Shown: one piece after another, positions 50,821-61,746 of the stretch | How positions within the stretch are numbered: position 1 is the first letter of the stretch | Layout: each line of letters starts with the position of its first letter | Source of the DNA: a virus | DNA: 64,000 bases | IMG/VR virus record: IMGVR_UViG_3300030114_000522 | Reading direction: 5' to 3' (one strand) | The notes under the pieces: generated by a model | Told to the model about the DNA's origin: nothing | Databases searched by the model: none | What the model saw: the letters and a program-made list of their open reading frames with translations, nothing else | Translations under genes and position numbers: made by a program

Positions 50821-50849
50821 ATTATATAATAGATATAAAAGGAGGTCAA
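50821..50849 (-). promoter_or_regulatory. Antisense sigmaA promoter (candidate antitoxin RNA)
   Basis: Minus TTGACC-N17-TATAAT pointing at the 37-aa ORF. Confidence 0.65.
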
Positions 50850-50852
50850 GAG

Positions 50853-50939
50853 ATGAAAAATGCAACAGTGCGTCTAATAGGTACAATAACAAGTATAATA
50901 ACGCTAATAGGACTAGTATTAATACTAATATTTAAATAG
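50853..50939 (+). CDS. Small hydrophobic peptide (28 aa)
   Basis: MKNATVRLIGTITSIITLIGLVLILIFK, AGGAGG RBS. Confidence 0.6.
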   Translation: MKNATVRLIGTITSIITLIGLVLILIFK

Positions 50940-50991
50940 ATATAAATTTATTCATAAATCAAATAATCCCAAATTGAAAGGAAGTAATAAA

Positions 50992-51525
50992 ATGAAAAAC
51001 ATAAAATCAATATTAAAATCAATAATCCTAACTGGAACAATTACAATATTAATATCAATTCCAGTATTAGCAGATTCTAACGACCCAAATATATTAAATC
51101 ATTATACTAATTTTAAAGGTGACGTGGTAACAGTATATAAAGATAATACAACTTACATCAATAGTGACGTTAAAATCCAATCAATAGACAAAACTACTAA
51201 TACAGTAACAATTAACAAACAAGGTGAATTATACTCATTCTACGTAGACTCTACAGACAACTATTACTTAAACGAACAAATCAATATCACAATGAATCAA
51301 GATAACGAAATAATAGACTCAATAGTAGAAACACAACCAATTGTATATACAACTCAAATATCCTCACTAGACAACGATATAGCGACTATAAATATAAACG
51401 GCAACAAATACACCTTTGACAACTTAGAAGGTCAAGACGGATGGCTAACAGGGGATAAATGCAAGGTTATAATACAAGATGGAAAACTTTTAGAAGTTCG
51501 ACCAATTCCATTGAATGAGAGATAA
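50992..51525 (+). CDS. Secreted protein with signal peptide
   Basis: MKNIKSILKSIILTGTITILISIPVLA-D signal; two similar beta-rich repeats. Confidence 0.7.
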   Translation: MKNIKSILKSIILTGTITILISIPVLADSNDPNILNHYTNFKGDVVTVYKDNTTYINSDVKIQSIDKTTNTVTINKQGELYSFYVDSTDNYYLNEQINITMNQDNEIIDSIVETQPIVYTTQISSLDNDIATININGNKYTFDNLEGQDGWLTGDKCKVIIQDGKLLEVRPIPLNER

Positions 51526-51572
51526 ATAAATACTAGATTAAAATAATTCAAATATGAAAGGATGTTATTAAA

Positions 51573-51974
51573 ATGTTAAAAATATTAAATAGAATGGTAA
51601 AATGTAAAATTGAGGAAAGCGACAAAACAGAAAAAGAGTTTATTAAAGATGGTTGGAAATCACTAGCAACATTTAATAGAGATAACGGATATAAAGAATT
51701 TCATCTGTCAAAAAATATTCATATAGATGAAGATAGCCATGAAGTTAAAATATATTTCAATTCAGGACATGTAGACAATATAAATTTAGAAGAATCAGAA
51801 GTTAATAAACTAATATCAAATAAAAGCAATTATATTAATTACTGGAAAGTTGAAAAATTAGTTGATAATGATTATAAAACCATATTTGAAGAATTAGCAC
51901 CTAAAGAGTGGAAAGATATAGGTTGGGATTTAGCTATGAAAAACGTAGGTAAACAAGTTCTAACATTTAGTTAA
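51573..51974 (+). CDS. Hypothetical protein
   Basis: 133 aa, AAGGA RBS. Confidence 0.7.
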   Translation: MLKILNRMVKCKIEESDKTEKEFIKDGWKSLATFNRDNGYKEFHLSKNIHIDEDSHEVKIYFNSGHVDNINLEESEVNKLISNKSNYINYWKVEKLVDNDYKTIFEELAPKEWKDIGWDLAMKNVGKQVLTFS

Positions 51975-52223
51975 TATAGATGCAAATAGACTAGCTTAAG
52001 AAATGATTGAATAGCTAGTCTTAAACTGTATAATAAATTAAACAATTTTGACATTAATTATAAAAGGAAGTATATTATTAATATGGAGTAATTTCATAAA
52101 TGGTAACAATAAACTTATAATGTAGTAACTAATTAAAATAATAGAAAGGTTGTGATAAGATGCTGAGGATATAAAACAAAACAACTATAAACAAAATCAA
52201 ATAAGTAAAGGAATGATTTAACT

Positions 52224-52415
52224 ATGATGAACAATTATTATTGTTACAATCCAGTAAAGAAAGACTTTATCTGTAACATGGGACAAGTATACTTTGATAA
52301 TGGAACACATTATATAACTAATAAAGAATTTTGGATATTTAAGAGAGGTGATAAACTTGATAATATATTAAAGAAATGGAGAGTATTTCAAAATATGAGG
52401 TTTGATGAAAATTAA
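52224..52415 (+). CDS. Small hypothetical protein
   Basis: 63 aa directly upstream of the initiator-like gene. Confidence 0.6.
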   Translation: MMNNYYCYNPVKKDFICNMGQVYFDNGTHYITNKEFWIFKRGDKLDNILKKWRVFQNMRFDEN

Positions 52416-52446
52416 TAATATACAATAAGAGAGGATATAATAATAT

Positions 52447-53358
52447 ATGGAAATAAGAGATAATGACACGTTTATAATGATTGACAATAAATACATAAGA
52501 AATAATGAGGACATACTGACAAGTGAACAACTAACAATATTAGTTTTAATAACTATGAATTTAAGTTGTAAAGGTGCCTATATATTTTCTATTACGTGGT
52601 TACTTGATATATTAAATTATTCAAGAAGCAATGACAGAAAGATAAAAGATATTAAAGAAATACTGCAACAATTTATTAATGATAACATAATGATTTTTTA
52701 TACCAATATATTGACCGATGATAACATTCTAACAGATATATTAAATATAGATAAAAATGATTTATTATATTGCTATATAGAAGATGCAACAAACTTTACT
52801 TTAATATATGATAGAGAAATTATAGAACTAACAGACATAGCAAATAAACATAAATTAAATACATATTCATTGATTCACTTAATAATATACATATATTCAT
52901 TTATAGACAATAATGAACAAGATGAAGACTATAAGCTATGTTATCCATCATATAGCAAGATTAACGAAGATATAGAACTGAGTGAATCTACAATTACAAA
53001 GTATCTTGATATATTACAACAATATAAAATAATAGCATGTGACTATGCAGGATTTAAAGAAACTACAAAAGGACAAATTAAGAATAGTAAAATGTTTTAT
53101 TGTAGATATCAGGACAAAGAATTATTAATCACTAGGATAAATAACTATAGAGCAAAAGAAGGATTTATAAAACAAAACAAACTAAGTAAAAATAAATCTA
53201 ATCTTAAAAGAAGTCTAAAGCAAATAATAAATAATCTAAAGGAAAAAGAAAATAAGAACTTAATTACAACTATAGAAAAGGAAAGACTAAAACTATTGCA
53301 AGAAGAATATAAAAATATAGAACAACAAAAAGAAGAAAAAGAAAAACCAAATCAATAG
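52447..53358 (+). CDS. Winged-HTH replication-initiator-like protein
   Basis: CYPSYSKINEDIELSESTITKYLDILQQYKII; similar layout to 36429-37424. Confidence 0.6.
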   Translation: MEIRDNDTFIMIDNKYIRNNEDILTSEQLTILVLITMNLSCKGAYIFSITWLLDILNYSRSNDRKIKDIKEILQQFINDNIMIFYTNILTDDNILTDILNIDKNDLLYCYIEDATNFTLIYDREIIELTDIANKHKLNTYSLIHLIIYIYSFIDNNEQDEDYKLCYPSYSKINEDIELSESTITKYLDILQQYKIIACDYAGFKETTKGQIKNSKMFYCRYQDKELLITRINNYRAKEGFIKQNKLSKNKSNLKRSLKQIINNLKEKENKNLITTIEKERLKLLQEEYKNIEQQKEEKEKPNQ

Positions 53359-53494
53359 CTTGCTATTATAGATTCTATACTTGATATTAGTTTCTTTAGA
53401 TTTAAATTTATATTATTTATTAGTATATATTGATATTGGTTCTCTATTGATACACTTCAATGTTAATCAATATATGCTCACTAGGGTTTTGCCA

Positions 53495-53610
53495 GTGTAT
53501 GTGGTCAAGACAAAAAATATAAATTCTTGTATGTGGTGAACACTGTTTTTTTGAAAAAGTAGTCTTGGACACATACAAGAAAATAGAAAAAAGTGGTTGG
53601 ACACATACAA
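53495..53610. repeat. Four 14-bp repeats, two reverse then two forward
   Basis: GTGTATGTGGTCAA 53495, TTGTATGTGGTGAA 53527, TTGGACACATACAA 53565 and 53597. Confidence 0.75.
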
Positions 53611-53669
53611 ATGAATTTAGAGTTGAAATAGGTAGCAAATTAAAGCATAAGAGAGGAAGAGAAAGATAA

Positions 53670-55283
53670 ATGAAGTTAAGAGAGTACCAAAAAGAAAGTA
53701 TTAGTAAAATAAAAGGCTTGAAAATGGGAGAAAAGGGAATAATATCCTTACCGACAGGAACAGGAAAAACAATTGTGATGAGTGGACTTGCTAAAGAGGA
53801 AATAACAGAAAGAATATTGATAGTAGTTATGAGTACAGAACTAAGAGAACAAACCATTGATAAGCTAAAATTTGTATGCGGTGATAATGTCGATGTAGGA
53901 AGTGTACAAGGTAAGTTGAATGAATGTGACAATAATATAATAGTAGCAACTAGACAAAGTTTAACACACGTAAAGAGTAATAGATTAAAGGAGATAACTA
54001 ACAACGGTGATTTTAAATATATTATATTTGATGAATGTCATGTTGCGGTTGAACAAATAAAGAAAATTACTGATATAATTGGTAAAAATTCAATTGTTAT
54101 TGGAGTTACTGCAACACCTTTTAATCCTAAGATGGTTGAAGTATTTGATAAGATAATATATGAAATGACTTTATTAGAAGCTATTAAAAGTAATTATTTA
54201 GTAGAACCAAAAGCAAGAAAAGTATATACAAATACAGATATATCAAATGTCAAAACTATTGGAGGAGAATTTATTCAAAAGCACCTAGAAGAAGCTATCA
54301 ATAATGATGATAGAAATAATATAATTGTAAAATCTTATTTAGATTATGCAACAGATAGAAATCACACTATAATATTTGCAAGTGGAATTGACCACGCTAA
54401 TGCGATAACTAAATGTTTTCAGGATAATGGTATAGATGCAAGGTCAATTGATAGCACACTTGACTCTATACAAAGAAAGAATACATTAGAAGATTTTAAA
54501 AACGGTAAGTTTAAAGTATTAGTAAATATTAGTATATTAACAACTGGCTTTGATTTTCCTGCTTTAGATTGCGTTATAATGGCACGTAGTACTAAATCAA
54601 GGATATTATATATGCAATGTTTAGGAAGGGTTTTAAGGCTATCAGAAGGAAAAGAGAACGCACTTATAATAGATATAGATGATATAGTAAATAAGTTTTC
54701 ATTGATTAATATTGATAGTATATTTAATATAACTTTTCACGATGACGAAACATTAACAGAAGCTGAGGAACGAATTAAAATAGCAGATAAAGAAGAAAAA
54801 GAACGTTTAATACTAGAACAGGAAGAAAGAGAAAGACAAAAATTAGAACAATTAAAACTTGAATCAGAAGAAATAGACTTATTCAATTCTAATATTAAGA
54901 ATGTTTATGAATATTCTAGCCTTGATTGGTTTGAATGGTATTATAATAAAAACATATATTATATATTAAGTTTGAATGATAAAATTGATATTATATTAAC
55001 TAAGATTGATGATGAATTTATTTCTTATAGGTATGAAAATAAACTATTAGAAGAATATGAAAGAAATGAGAATTTAAAAGAACTGGTTGATAATATTGAT
55101 AATATGGCATATACATATGGAAGTAGCTTTATAGACAAGAATGCCAAATGGAAGAAAGACAAGCCAACTGATAAGCAAATAGCGTGTATTAAAGGTAACT
55201 GGAAAGTATATACAAAGTTTGATTGTCATAAATATTTTAAAAGCAGAGCTTTATTTTTTACATTTAAGGATATGAATAATTAA
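53670..55283 (+). CDS. SF2 DExH-box helicase
   Basis: LREYQ, LPTGTGKT, DECH, TATP, TTGFD, QCLGRVLR. Confidence 0.92.
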   Translation: MKLREYQKESISKIKGLKMGEKGIISLPTGTGKTIVMSGLAKEEITERILIVVMSTELREQTIDKLKFVCGDNVDVGSVQGKLNECDNNIIVATRQSLTHVKSNRLKEITNNGDFKYIIFDECHVAVEQIKKITDIIGKNSIVIGVTATPFNPKMVEVFDKIIYEMTLLEAIKSNYLVEPKARKVYTNTDISNVKTIGGEFIQKHLEEAINNDDRNNIIVKSYLDYATDRNHTIIFASGIDHANAITKCFQDNGIDARSIDSTLDSIQRKNTLEDFKNGKFKVLVNISILTTGFDFPALDCVIMARSTKSRILYMQCLGRVLRLSEGKENALIIDIDDIVNKFSLINIDSIFNITFHDDETLTEAEERIKIADKEEKERLILEQEERERQKLEQLKLESEEIDLFNSNIKNVYEYSSLDWFEWYYNKNIYYILSLNDKIDIILTKIDDEFISYRYENKLLEEYERNENLKELVDNIDNMAYTYGSSFIDKNAKWKKDKPTDKQIACIKGNWKVYTKFDCHKYFKSRALFFTFKDMNN

Positions 55284-55361
55284 ATAAGTTTAAAGGATAT
55301 ATTAATTTATATCCTTTTCTTTTTATACAGTTTTAATTATAGTCAACTTTTATCCACACAA

Positions 55362-55525
55362 CGAAAAAGAGACTGCCTAGGCTATTCCTAAGTAATCTCT
55401 AACTTCATTTCTGATACTCTATCATAAGAGCTATCCTAGTTCGTCTATTTCTATTTAAAGCTTTATAAGTCCTAATTTAAGTTGCTTTGTCTTAGGTTGT
55501 TATGTTGTGTTCTTTTGTTAATCTA
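55362..55525 (-). ncRNA. Candidate small RNA
   Basis: Minus promoter (TTGACG...TG-G-TATATT), no ORF, terminator GAGATTACTTAGG/CCTAGGCAGTCTC-TTTTT. Confidence 0.45.
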
Positions 55526-55816
55526 AATATACCATCATATCAATTATTATTAAAACGTCAAAAATAACTAAATAACGTATTAAACTAATAGTTGTCTTTA
55601 ATTATCTCTAGTTTACTCTGTTTTTCGTAGTATTTCACTTTATTTATATTTTAATATGTTACTAGATTTATTAATTATCTGCAAAGGATTGTTATTTAAA
55701 TTACAATAAGGTACATAAAATTAAACTATATAACTAATTAAAATAATACTTGCAATTATCTAAAACTTCTATATAATAAGTATTATAGTAATTAAATAAA
55801 TAATAAATTTATAGGA

Positions 55817-56494
55817 GTGATAATAATGAATATATTAACAAAGGAATCTTTACAAACTCAATTTTTTACATATGAAGGAATAATGGAATATAATAACTTT
55901 AGAATAATTGCAGGATATGAAGATAGAATCAATTATGAAGGTAAGGAAGTCCATCAAGCAATGCATGCAATAATATACAATACAACAACTAAAGAGATAA
56001 TATATAATAGTGGTAATAATTTGTTTTTAGAAAATGGTTTTTTACTTGTATATGCAGATACATTATTGAAATTAGTAGAAAAATATATAAATGATAGCTG
56101 GAACTTAAACAAGTTATTAGATTCATTCTTTTATGATTTTAGTTTTTTTAAATTTGATAGAATTAAAAAGCAATTTGAAAATGAAGAAATAGAAGCTAAA
56201 AAACAAATAGAACAAACTGCAATTGAAAATGAAAATACAGAACTTGAAAATGAATTAAAAGGTATATGCATCAACAATGAATTAAAATTAATCAAAAGTT
56301 TTACACGAATGTATATAGTAAAGTTTAAAGACAAGAGATGTAATAAAACAATAAGTACTACAGATACATTAATCAAAATAATAAATGATGAAAGTTATAA
56401 AAATGAATATAAGATTATATATAGTAATAATAATACATGTGATTGTAAAGATTATAATATAGCACTAAAAGAAGCAATAAAAATATGTAGCTAA
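55817..56494 (+). CDS. Early-region hypothetical protein
   Basis: Own TTGCAA..TATAAT promoter, GGAG RBS, hairpin after stop. Confidence 0.7.
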   Translation: MIIMNILTKESLQTQFFTYEGIMEYNNFRIIAGYEDRINYEGKEVHQAMHAIIYNTTTKEIIYNSGNNLFLENGFLLVYADTLLKLVEKYINDSWNLNKLLDSFFYDFSFFKFDRIKKQFENEEIEAKKQIEQTAIENENTELENELKGICINNELKLIKSFTRMYIVKFKDKRCNKTISTTDTLIKIINDESYKNEYKIIYSNNNTCDCKDYNIALKEAIKICS

Positions 56495-56648
56495 ATATCC
56501 ATTTAAGAGTTGTTAATAAATAGCAACTCTTATAAACTTAATAACTAATTAAAATAAATATCAAAAATCTATTGCAATATAAAAACCATAGGAGTAATAT
56601 AGACTTAACAACAAATTACATATAAATTATTTAAGGAGATGTTAAAAA

Positions 56649-56906
56649 ATGTATAACTTTAAATATGGCAGAAAAATGAGACAAAAGTTATTTATAATGG
56701 CAACTAAAGGCAAAATAGAAATATGTATAGAACTAAATGTAATAGAAGAAACAAGCAAAATAAACTGGATTGTAAACAGAACAAACGGTAACGACAACTT
56801 TATAAATACTCTAGGAACTAAACAAGATGCAGAATTAATACAACAAGCTGAGGAATTTGCAAAGGGATTAAAACAATATACAGAGATAATTGAAAAGTAT
56901 AACTAG
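56649..56906 (+). CDS. Early-region hypothetical protein
   Basis: Own promoter and AGGAA..TTCCTTTT terminator. Confidence 0.7.
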   Translation: MYNFKYGRKMRQKLFIMATKGKIEICIELNVIEETSKINWIVNRTNGNDNFINTLGTKQDAELIQQAEEFAKGLKQYTEIIEKYN

Positions 56907-57383
56907 GAATTATAGTAATTATAGTTCCTTTTCTTATGTCATTAAATAACGCTCACATAACAAAAAAAACAAACACATTGATAACTAACACTACAATAAA
57001 CTTAAACACGCTTAAAACGTCTAATAACGTGATTGTAAAGTAATATAGTATGAGTAATAAACTTTTTATAATCTATAATTAGTAACAGATATCTAAATCA
57101 ATATAAACTAAACAATTATATAATATTTATACATTTTAAATTAATAATATACATTTATTATTATCAATTAATAAAAATATACTGTTTAAAACAAGTAAAT
57201 AACTTATTCATATTATCAAGTGAGACAGTCCTAACTTGGAAAATATTCATTTTTTATGCAATATACAATAAATTTAAATAAACTAAGAAGTATATTAAAA
57301 TATAACTTGAACTATATAAAGTATAGATGTATAATACAGAAAAGGTAGTAAATACATAAAGTTATCAAATTTATTATATAGGA

Positions 57384-58094
57384 GTGATTAGAATGCAATG
57401 TGCAAAATGTGGAAGAGAAGTTAAATATCTATTTTATTTTGAGGGTATCGGATATGGTTCAGAATGTTTTAAAACTGTAACAGGAATGACAGTAGAAGAA
57501 CATGAAAGTAATCAAAGAATCAAAAAGGAAAAACAAACTAAAGAAGAATTTATATTAAATAATCCAATTATATATGTTTGCATAGATAAAGATTCTTATA
57601 ATAAAAAAGATAGTTTAAAAGCTAACAAATTTCAATATCATTATAAATGGTGGATAGGATTTAATATAGAAGGATTAGAGGAATTAGAATTTTTACAATT
57701 TAGTACAGAAGAATATTTTCAAGGTTGGGGATATTGTTATAGTTCAAAAACTGCTTATGAGTTTTTAGCATCTTATGAAGAAGATGAAAAAAGTTTATAT
57801 AGAGAAATAGAAACAGAATTAAAAAAGAAAGATACTAGCAACTGGATAGGACAAGAAAAAGAAAAGGTACAATTAAAAGTTACACTTAATAAAATAACAG
57901 GATATAGCAACGATTTTGGATGGACTAATATATACATCTTTAAAGATGAAAATGATAATACATTAACTTGGAAAACTGCAAAAGATATGGAATGGGAAGA
58001 AGGACAAGAAATAGAAATAAAAGCAACAGTAAAAGCACATGAAGAATATGATTGTAAAAAACAAACTAGCATATTAAGAGTAAAAGAAGTTTAA
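57384..58094 (+). CDS. Protein with N-terminal Zn-binding motif and C-terminal OB-fold-like domain
   Basis: CAKCGR..GSEC; C-terminal KATVKAHEEY..KQT. Confidence 0.65.
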   Translation: MIRMQCAKCGREVKYLFYFEGIGYGSECFKTVTGMTVEEHESNQRIKKEKQTKEEFILNNPIIYVCIDKDSYNKKDSLKANKFQYHYKWWIGFNIEGLEELEFLQFSTEEYFQGWGYCYSSKTAYEFLASYEEDEKSLYREIETELKKKDTSNWIGQEKEKVQLKVTLNKITGYSNDFGWTNIYIFKDENDNTLTWKTAKDMEWEEGQEIEIKATVKAHEEYDCKKQTSILRVKEV

Positions 58095-58166
58095 CAATTA
58101 AAGGTGGTAATCAATCCACCTTTTTAAAATAGATGGTATAATAATATAAAAAATGAGGGGGTATAA

Positions 58167-58688
58167 ATGGAAATAGATTTAATTAGAATAAATTTACCTA
58201 GGAATTTAAAATCTATGTACTCTGATGGAGCTAAAGAAAAAGATAAGGAATTATTACAGGAATACATAGATGCGTTAACAGATGAAGAGATAATAATATT
58301 TAATGAGATTAAGAATGATTTAAAATATAGCAGAATTAAGAATAACATAACTCATAATTCAATACAATTAATGCTAAAAGTATATGATAATACTAGTATA
58401 AAAACTTTTCCATATATTAATAAAATAGCTTGTAAAAATTGGTCAATCGGAGATGGTACTTTTGCTTTTTCTCTTTACTTATTAGATAAAAGTGAACTTA
58501 GAGATAGAATATATAGTAGTTTTAGAGTTAAGGATTGTTTATTAAAAAAATATAGTTTTGATGTACAAGAGGTATTTAGTTCAATAAATGATATAGAAAT
58601 ATTTTTAAAAAGAAAGTATTTAATATACATTACTACAATACGTCCACAATCAATTCTAAAGCACTTTAATAATATAAACGACAACTAA
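58167..58688 (+). CDS. Hypothetical protein
   Basis: 173 aa, GAGG RBS. Confidence 0.65.
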   Translation: MEIDLIRINLPRNLKSMYSDGAKEKDKELLQEYIDALTDEEIIIFNEIKNDLKYSRIKNNITHNSIQLMLKVYDNTSIKTFPYINKIACKNWSIGDGTFAFSLYLLDKSELRDRIYSSFRVKDCLLKKYSFDVQEVFSSINDIEIFLKRKYLIYITTIRPQSILKHFNNINDN

Positions 58689-58826
58689 TACTACTAAACA
58701 ATTACAACCTTTAAAACGTCTAAAATTAAATTAGATAATATGTTAAAGAAACTATTGACATATATAAAACATAAGAGTAATATAATAATTAACAGATACA
58801 TAAATATTTAAATTATTAAAAGGGAG

Positions 58827-59048
58827 TTGGAATTTATGAAAATTGAAGAATTAAAAATGAATAAAACAGAATTAAATGATACTTTGGAAGGTGTAATTGA
58901 TAACTTAAGTGAGGATAATATAAGAGATTGGTTAAAATGGATGATTAACACACAAAGTAAAGGAACAAAAGAAACTATGTTGAAATATTGGAATAATACA
59001 GAAGAATTAAAAAGAGGTTTAGAATATAGTGGAATTATAGAAAGTTAG
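58827..59048 (+). CDS. Small early protein, paralog of 60102-60473
   Basis: Shared LKWM.NTQS..TKE.MLKY block. Confidence 0.7.
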   Translation: MEFMKIEELKMNKTELNDTLEGVIDNLSEDNIRDWLKWMINTQSKGTKETMLKYWNNTEELKRGLEYSGIIES

Positions 59049-59250
59049 GAACTACAAAAAATAGTTCCTTTTCTTTTTAATATAATTATATATAGTATTT
59101 AATACCGTATTAAAGAGTAGATAAAACTGTAATTTTATACGCTTTAAAAGTAAATTAAGAAATATATTAAATTACTAATATAAATGTATTGACTTGTAAT
59201 GTCATAGTGGTATACTAATATTAATAAAAGAATTATATTATATAAAAGGG

Positions 59251-59616
59251 GTGCTGAATATGAAAAATGAATGGACTTTAGTGACTAAAGAAGCTTTTCA
59301 AGAATTTAACAAAAAGAACTTTTTAGCAATAGTTAATCATAGAAAAGATTTTAAATTTTATGGAAATGCAAGTCATATAGCTTTATCAAAAATGAATATT
59401 AAAACTAAAGAATATTATATAATTAGTAGTAGAATAGAAACTCCAATAAAAGAAGAAAGATTCTTTTATGAAATAGAAGTAGAAAATTTAAAAAATGGTA
59501 ATATATTTTTAACTAAAGATGATGCTTATGGAATTAATGAAATAGAAGCATATAAAGTAATGTGTGAAGAAAACTTAAAACTAGATTTTGAAGTATTAAA
59601 TGCAAAAGTAATTTAA
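59251..59616 (+). CDS. Early-region hypothetical protein
   Basis: TTGACT-N17-TATACT promoter, terminator at stop. Confidence 0.7.
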   Translation: MLNMKNEWTLVTKEAFQEFNKKNFLAIVNHRKDFKFYGNASHIALSKMNIKTKEYYIISSRIETPIKEERFFYEIEVENLKNGNIFLTKDDAYGINEIEAYKVMCEENLKLDFEVLNAKVI

Positions 59617-59855
59617 GGATATATTAAAAGTATATTCTTTTTCTATATTAATTAAATAACATATTAAATCACAAATAAAACGTAATACTAAGATAAACAG
59701 AGTAAAACGGAGTATATTAAAGATAACTATTACTTTAATTGATTATATAGTTAAATTTGCCTGTTTTAAAGTTGTTAGTAGTTTGATATACTAAATACAT
59801 AGAAGAGATACATAAAAGCAAAATAAATTAAAAGAAATAAAGGAGTATGATAATT

Positions 59856-60017
59856 ATGAAAATTATAAAAGTTGAAAAGAAAAATGATGATGAATATTTA
59901 GTAAGATTTGAAGGTGGAAATGTAGCCTTTTGGGGAAAAGATTTTATGAAAGATAAAATGAGAAAAGAAGAAGATACAAACAATTGGATAGAAATGTTTA
60001 ATGCATTCAATAGTTAA
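59856..60017 (+). CDS. Small early protein (53 aa, not in the ORF track)
   Basis: MKIIKVEKKNDDEYLVRFEGGNVAFWG..., AAGGAG RBS, terminator at stop. Confidence 0.65.
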   Translation: MKIIKVEKKNDDEYLVRFEGGNVAFWGKDFMKDKMRKEEDTNNWIEMFNAFNS

Positions 60018-60101
60018 GGAATTGTAGAAAACAGTTCCTTTCCTTTAAACTTTCAATAAAATCTTTAATTTATCACAATTTAAAAACATATTAAAAGGAG
60101 T

Positions 60102-60473
60102 ATGATAATTATGAATAAAGAATTAAACAAGATTATAGATAATTTAGACAAAGAGAGAATGCAGGACTTACTTAAATGGATGGTAAATACACAAAGTGAA
60201 GAAACTAAAGAAAACATGTTAAAATATTTCAAAAATAATGAAAAATCAGATTTAATTTTTATTAAAAACATTTTAGAAATTGATGTTGATGGACTAAAAG
60301 GAATTAATCATTATACTATAAAAGCAATGTATAATAAAATAGATGGAGAAGGCTACGCAACGCTAGTGCATAAGTTAATTGATGAAGTTGATTATACATG
60401 GAATAATATAGAACGTGACGGAGGAATTGCACAAGTTAATAGAGATTTTAAAGAAACTTATGGATTGGAATAA
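60102..60473 (+). CDS. Early protein, paralog of 58827-59048 with an extra C-terminal domain
   Basis: Shared N-terminal block. Confidence 0.7.
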   Translation: MIIMNKELNKIIDNLDKERMQDLLKWMVNTQSEETKENMLKYFKNNEKSDLIFIKNILEIDVDGLKGINHYTIKAMYNKIDGEGYATLVHKLIDEVDYTWNNIERDGGIAQVNRDFKETYGLE

Positions 60474-60493
60474 ATTAGAAAGGAATTGATATT

Positions 60494-60676
60494 ATGAATA
60501 TAAGACAAAAATTACTTTACAGTTTTGCGAAATGGGATTATAGATATAATAAAAAGTACTTTAATACTAAAAAGACTTTTAAACGTAGCTATTTGTTTAC
60601 AAAATTGAATTATATACATATTAGTGATGAAGAAATAAAAAGTATATTAGAATGTAGAAGAGAAAAATGTTTATAA
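60494..60676 (+). CDS. Small basic hypothetical protein
   Basis: 60 aa, AAGGA RBS, terminator 60695-60718. Confidence 0.6.
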   Translation: MNIRQKLLYSFAKWDYRYNKKYFNTKKTFKRSYLFTKLNYIHISDEEIKSILECRREKCL

Positions 60677-61082
60677 ATATTATTAAACCACATAAGGAGC
60701 TTGAAAGAGTTCCTTTTTAACGTCCATAATCAAAAACCTAGAATAACACTCTAAATCATTTAAAACCTCATACAAGCCATAAGAACGGTATTACATGTTA
60801 TAATGTAACCATCTAATAAAACTATATATAATAAAGTACCTTAACTAGTATACAACAGGGATAAACCCACATCAGAATAACAATATAAAATAAACTATAA
60901 AACATATTAAAATAACAATAAACTAAGAAAAGCGGAGCAAATGGAAGGTATTTTAAGCTAGTATTATTATAATATGTTATTATAGCGTTATTTGGTTGTT
61001 TTCTAATGTTGGTATTGATGGTATATTTAATACATGGAAGAGATACAAACACAAATAACAAATTAAAAGGAGATGTATTAAT

Positions 61083-61280
61083 ATGACAACATATGTAAGA
61101 GATATAATAAACGCAATGAGAGAAAACGCAACTAAAGTAATAATGGTAGCAATTAACAAATTATCTGAAATGGATATCGAATTACTAAAAGAATGTGAAA
61201 AGTTATATAATGCAACAATCAAATATGCAACAGAATACGATTTATTTACAACTGATAATAATGCAGTAGTAATTGCTTAA
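61083..61280 (+). CDS. Hypothetical protein
   Basis: 65 aa, AAGGAG RBS. Confidence 0.65.
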   Translation: MTTYVRDIINAMRENATKVIMVAINKLSEMDIELLKECEKLYNATIKYATEYDLFTTDNNAVVIA

Positions 61281-61335
61281 ATATATAATGAATTAGAATA
61301 ATAGTAAAAATATAAATTAAAAGGGGATATGTAAA

Positions 61336-61662
61336 ATGTTAGAAAAATTATTAATGGAAACTTTAAATATTAAAACTAGAAAAGAAATAAACTCAGATAG
61401 AATAAGACCACTAGACTTAAATTCAGAATGTGACTTAGCTTATATAAGATGTCAATTTAAAAGATTTATAGCTAGAAATAAAACAGTAAATACAATTAAA
61501 GCATATTACACTTGGGATAATGCTTATACTATTACTAGAGAGTCATTCGTAAAAGGTTGGGAAGGGTTAGAAGGAAGAGAAAATATAATTAAATCTCTAA
61601 GAACTGCAATAATGGAATCTAAATCAGAAGGAACACCAGTATTTTCAATTAAAATTAGCTAA
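61336..61662 (+). CDS. Hypothetical protein
   Basis: 108 aa, RBS present. Confidence 0.65.
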   Translation: MLEKLLMETLNIKTRKEINSDRIRPLDLNSECDLAYIRCQFKRFIARNKTVNTIKAYYTWDNAYTITRESFVKGWEGLEGRENIIKSLRTAIMESKSEGTPVFSIKIS

Positions 61663-61746
61663 TATGTAGGCTTGTGAGTGTTATTTCCAGCACTCAAATA
61701 CAAATATATTAAGTTAAAAATAAAAGGCTTAAATAAGCCATAAGGA

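Noticed and set aside
53444-54004. 186-aa minus-strand ORF
   Set aside because: Antisense shadow of the helicase gene and repeat region.
48711-58725. Recurring AAACGTC intergenic words (near 48713, 55553, 57015, 58714)
   Set aside because: Too short to separate from compositional bias without a statistical scan.
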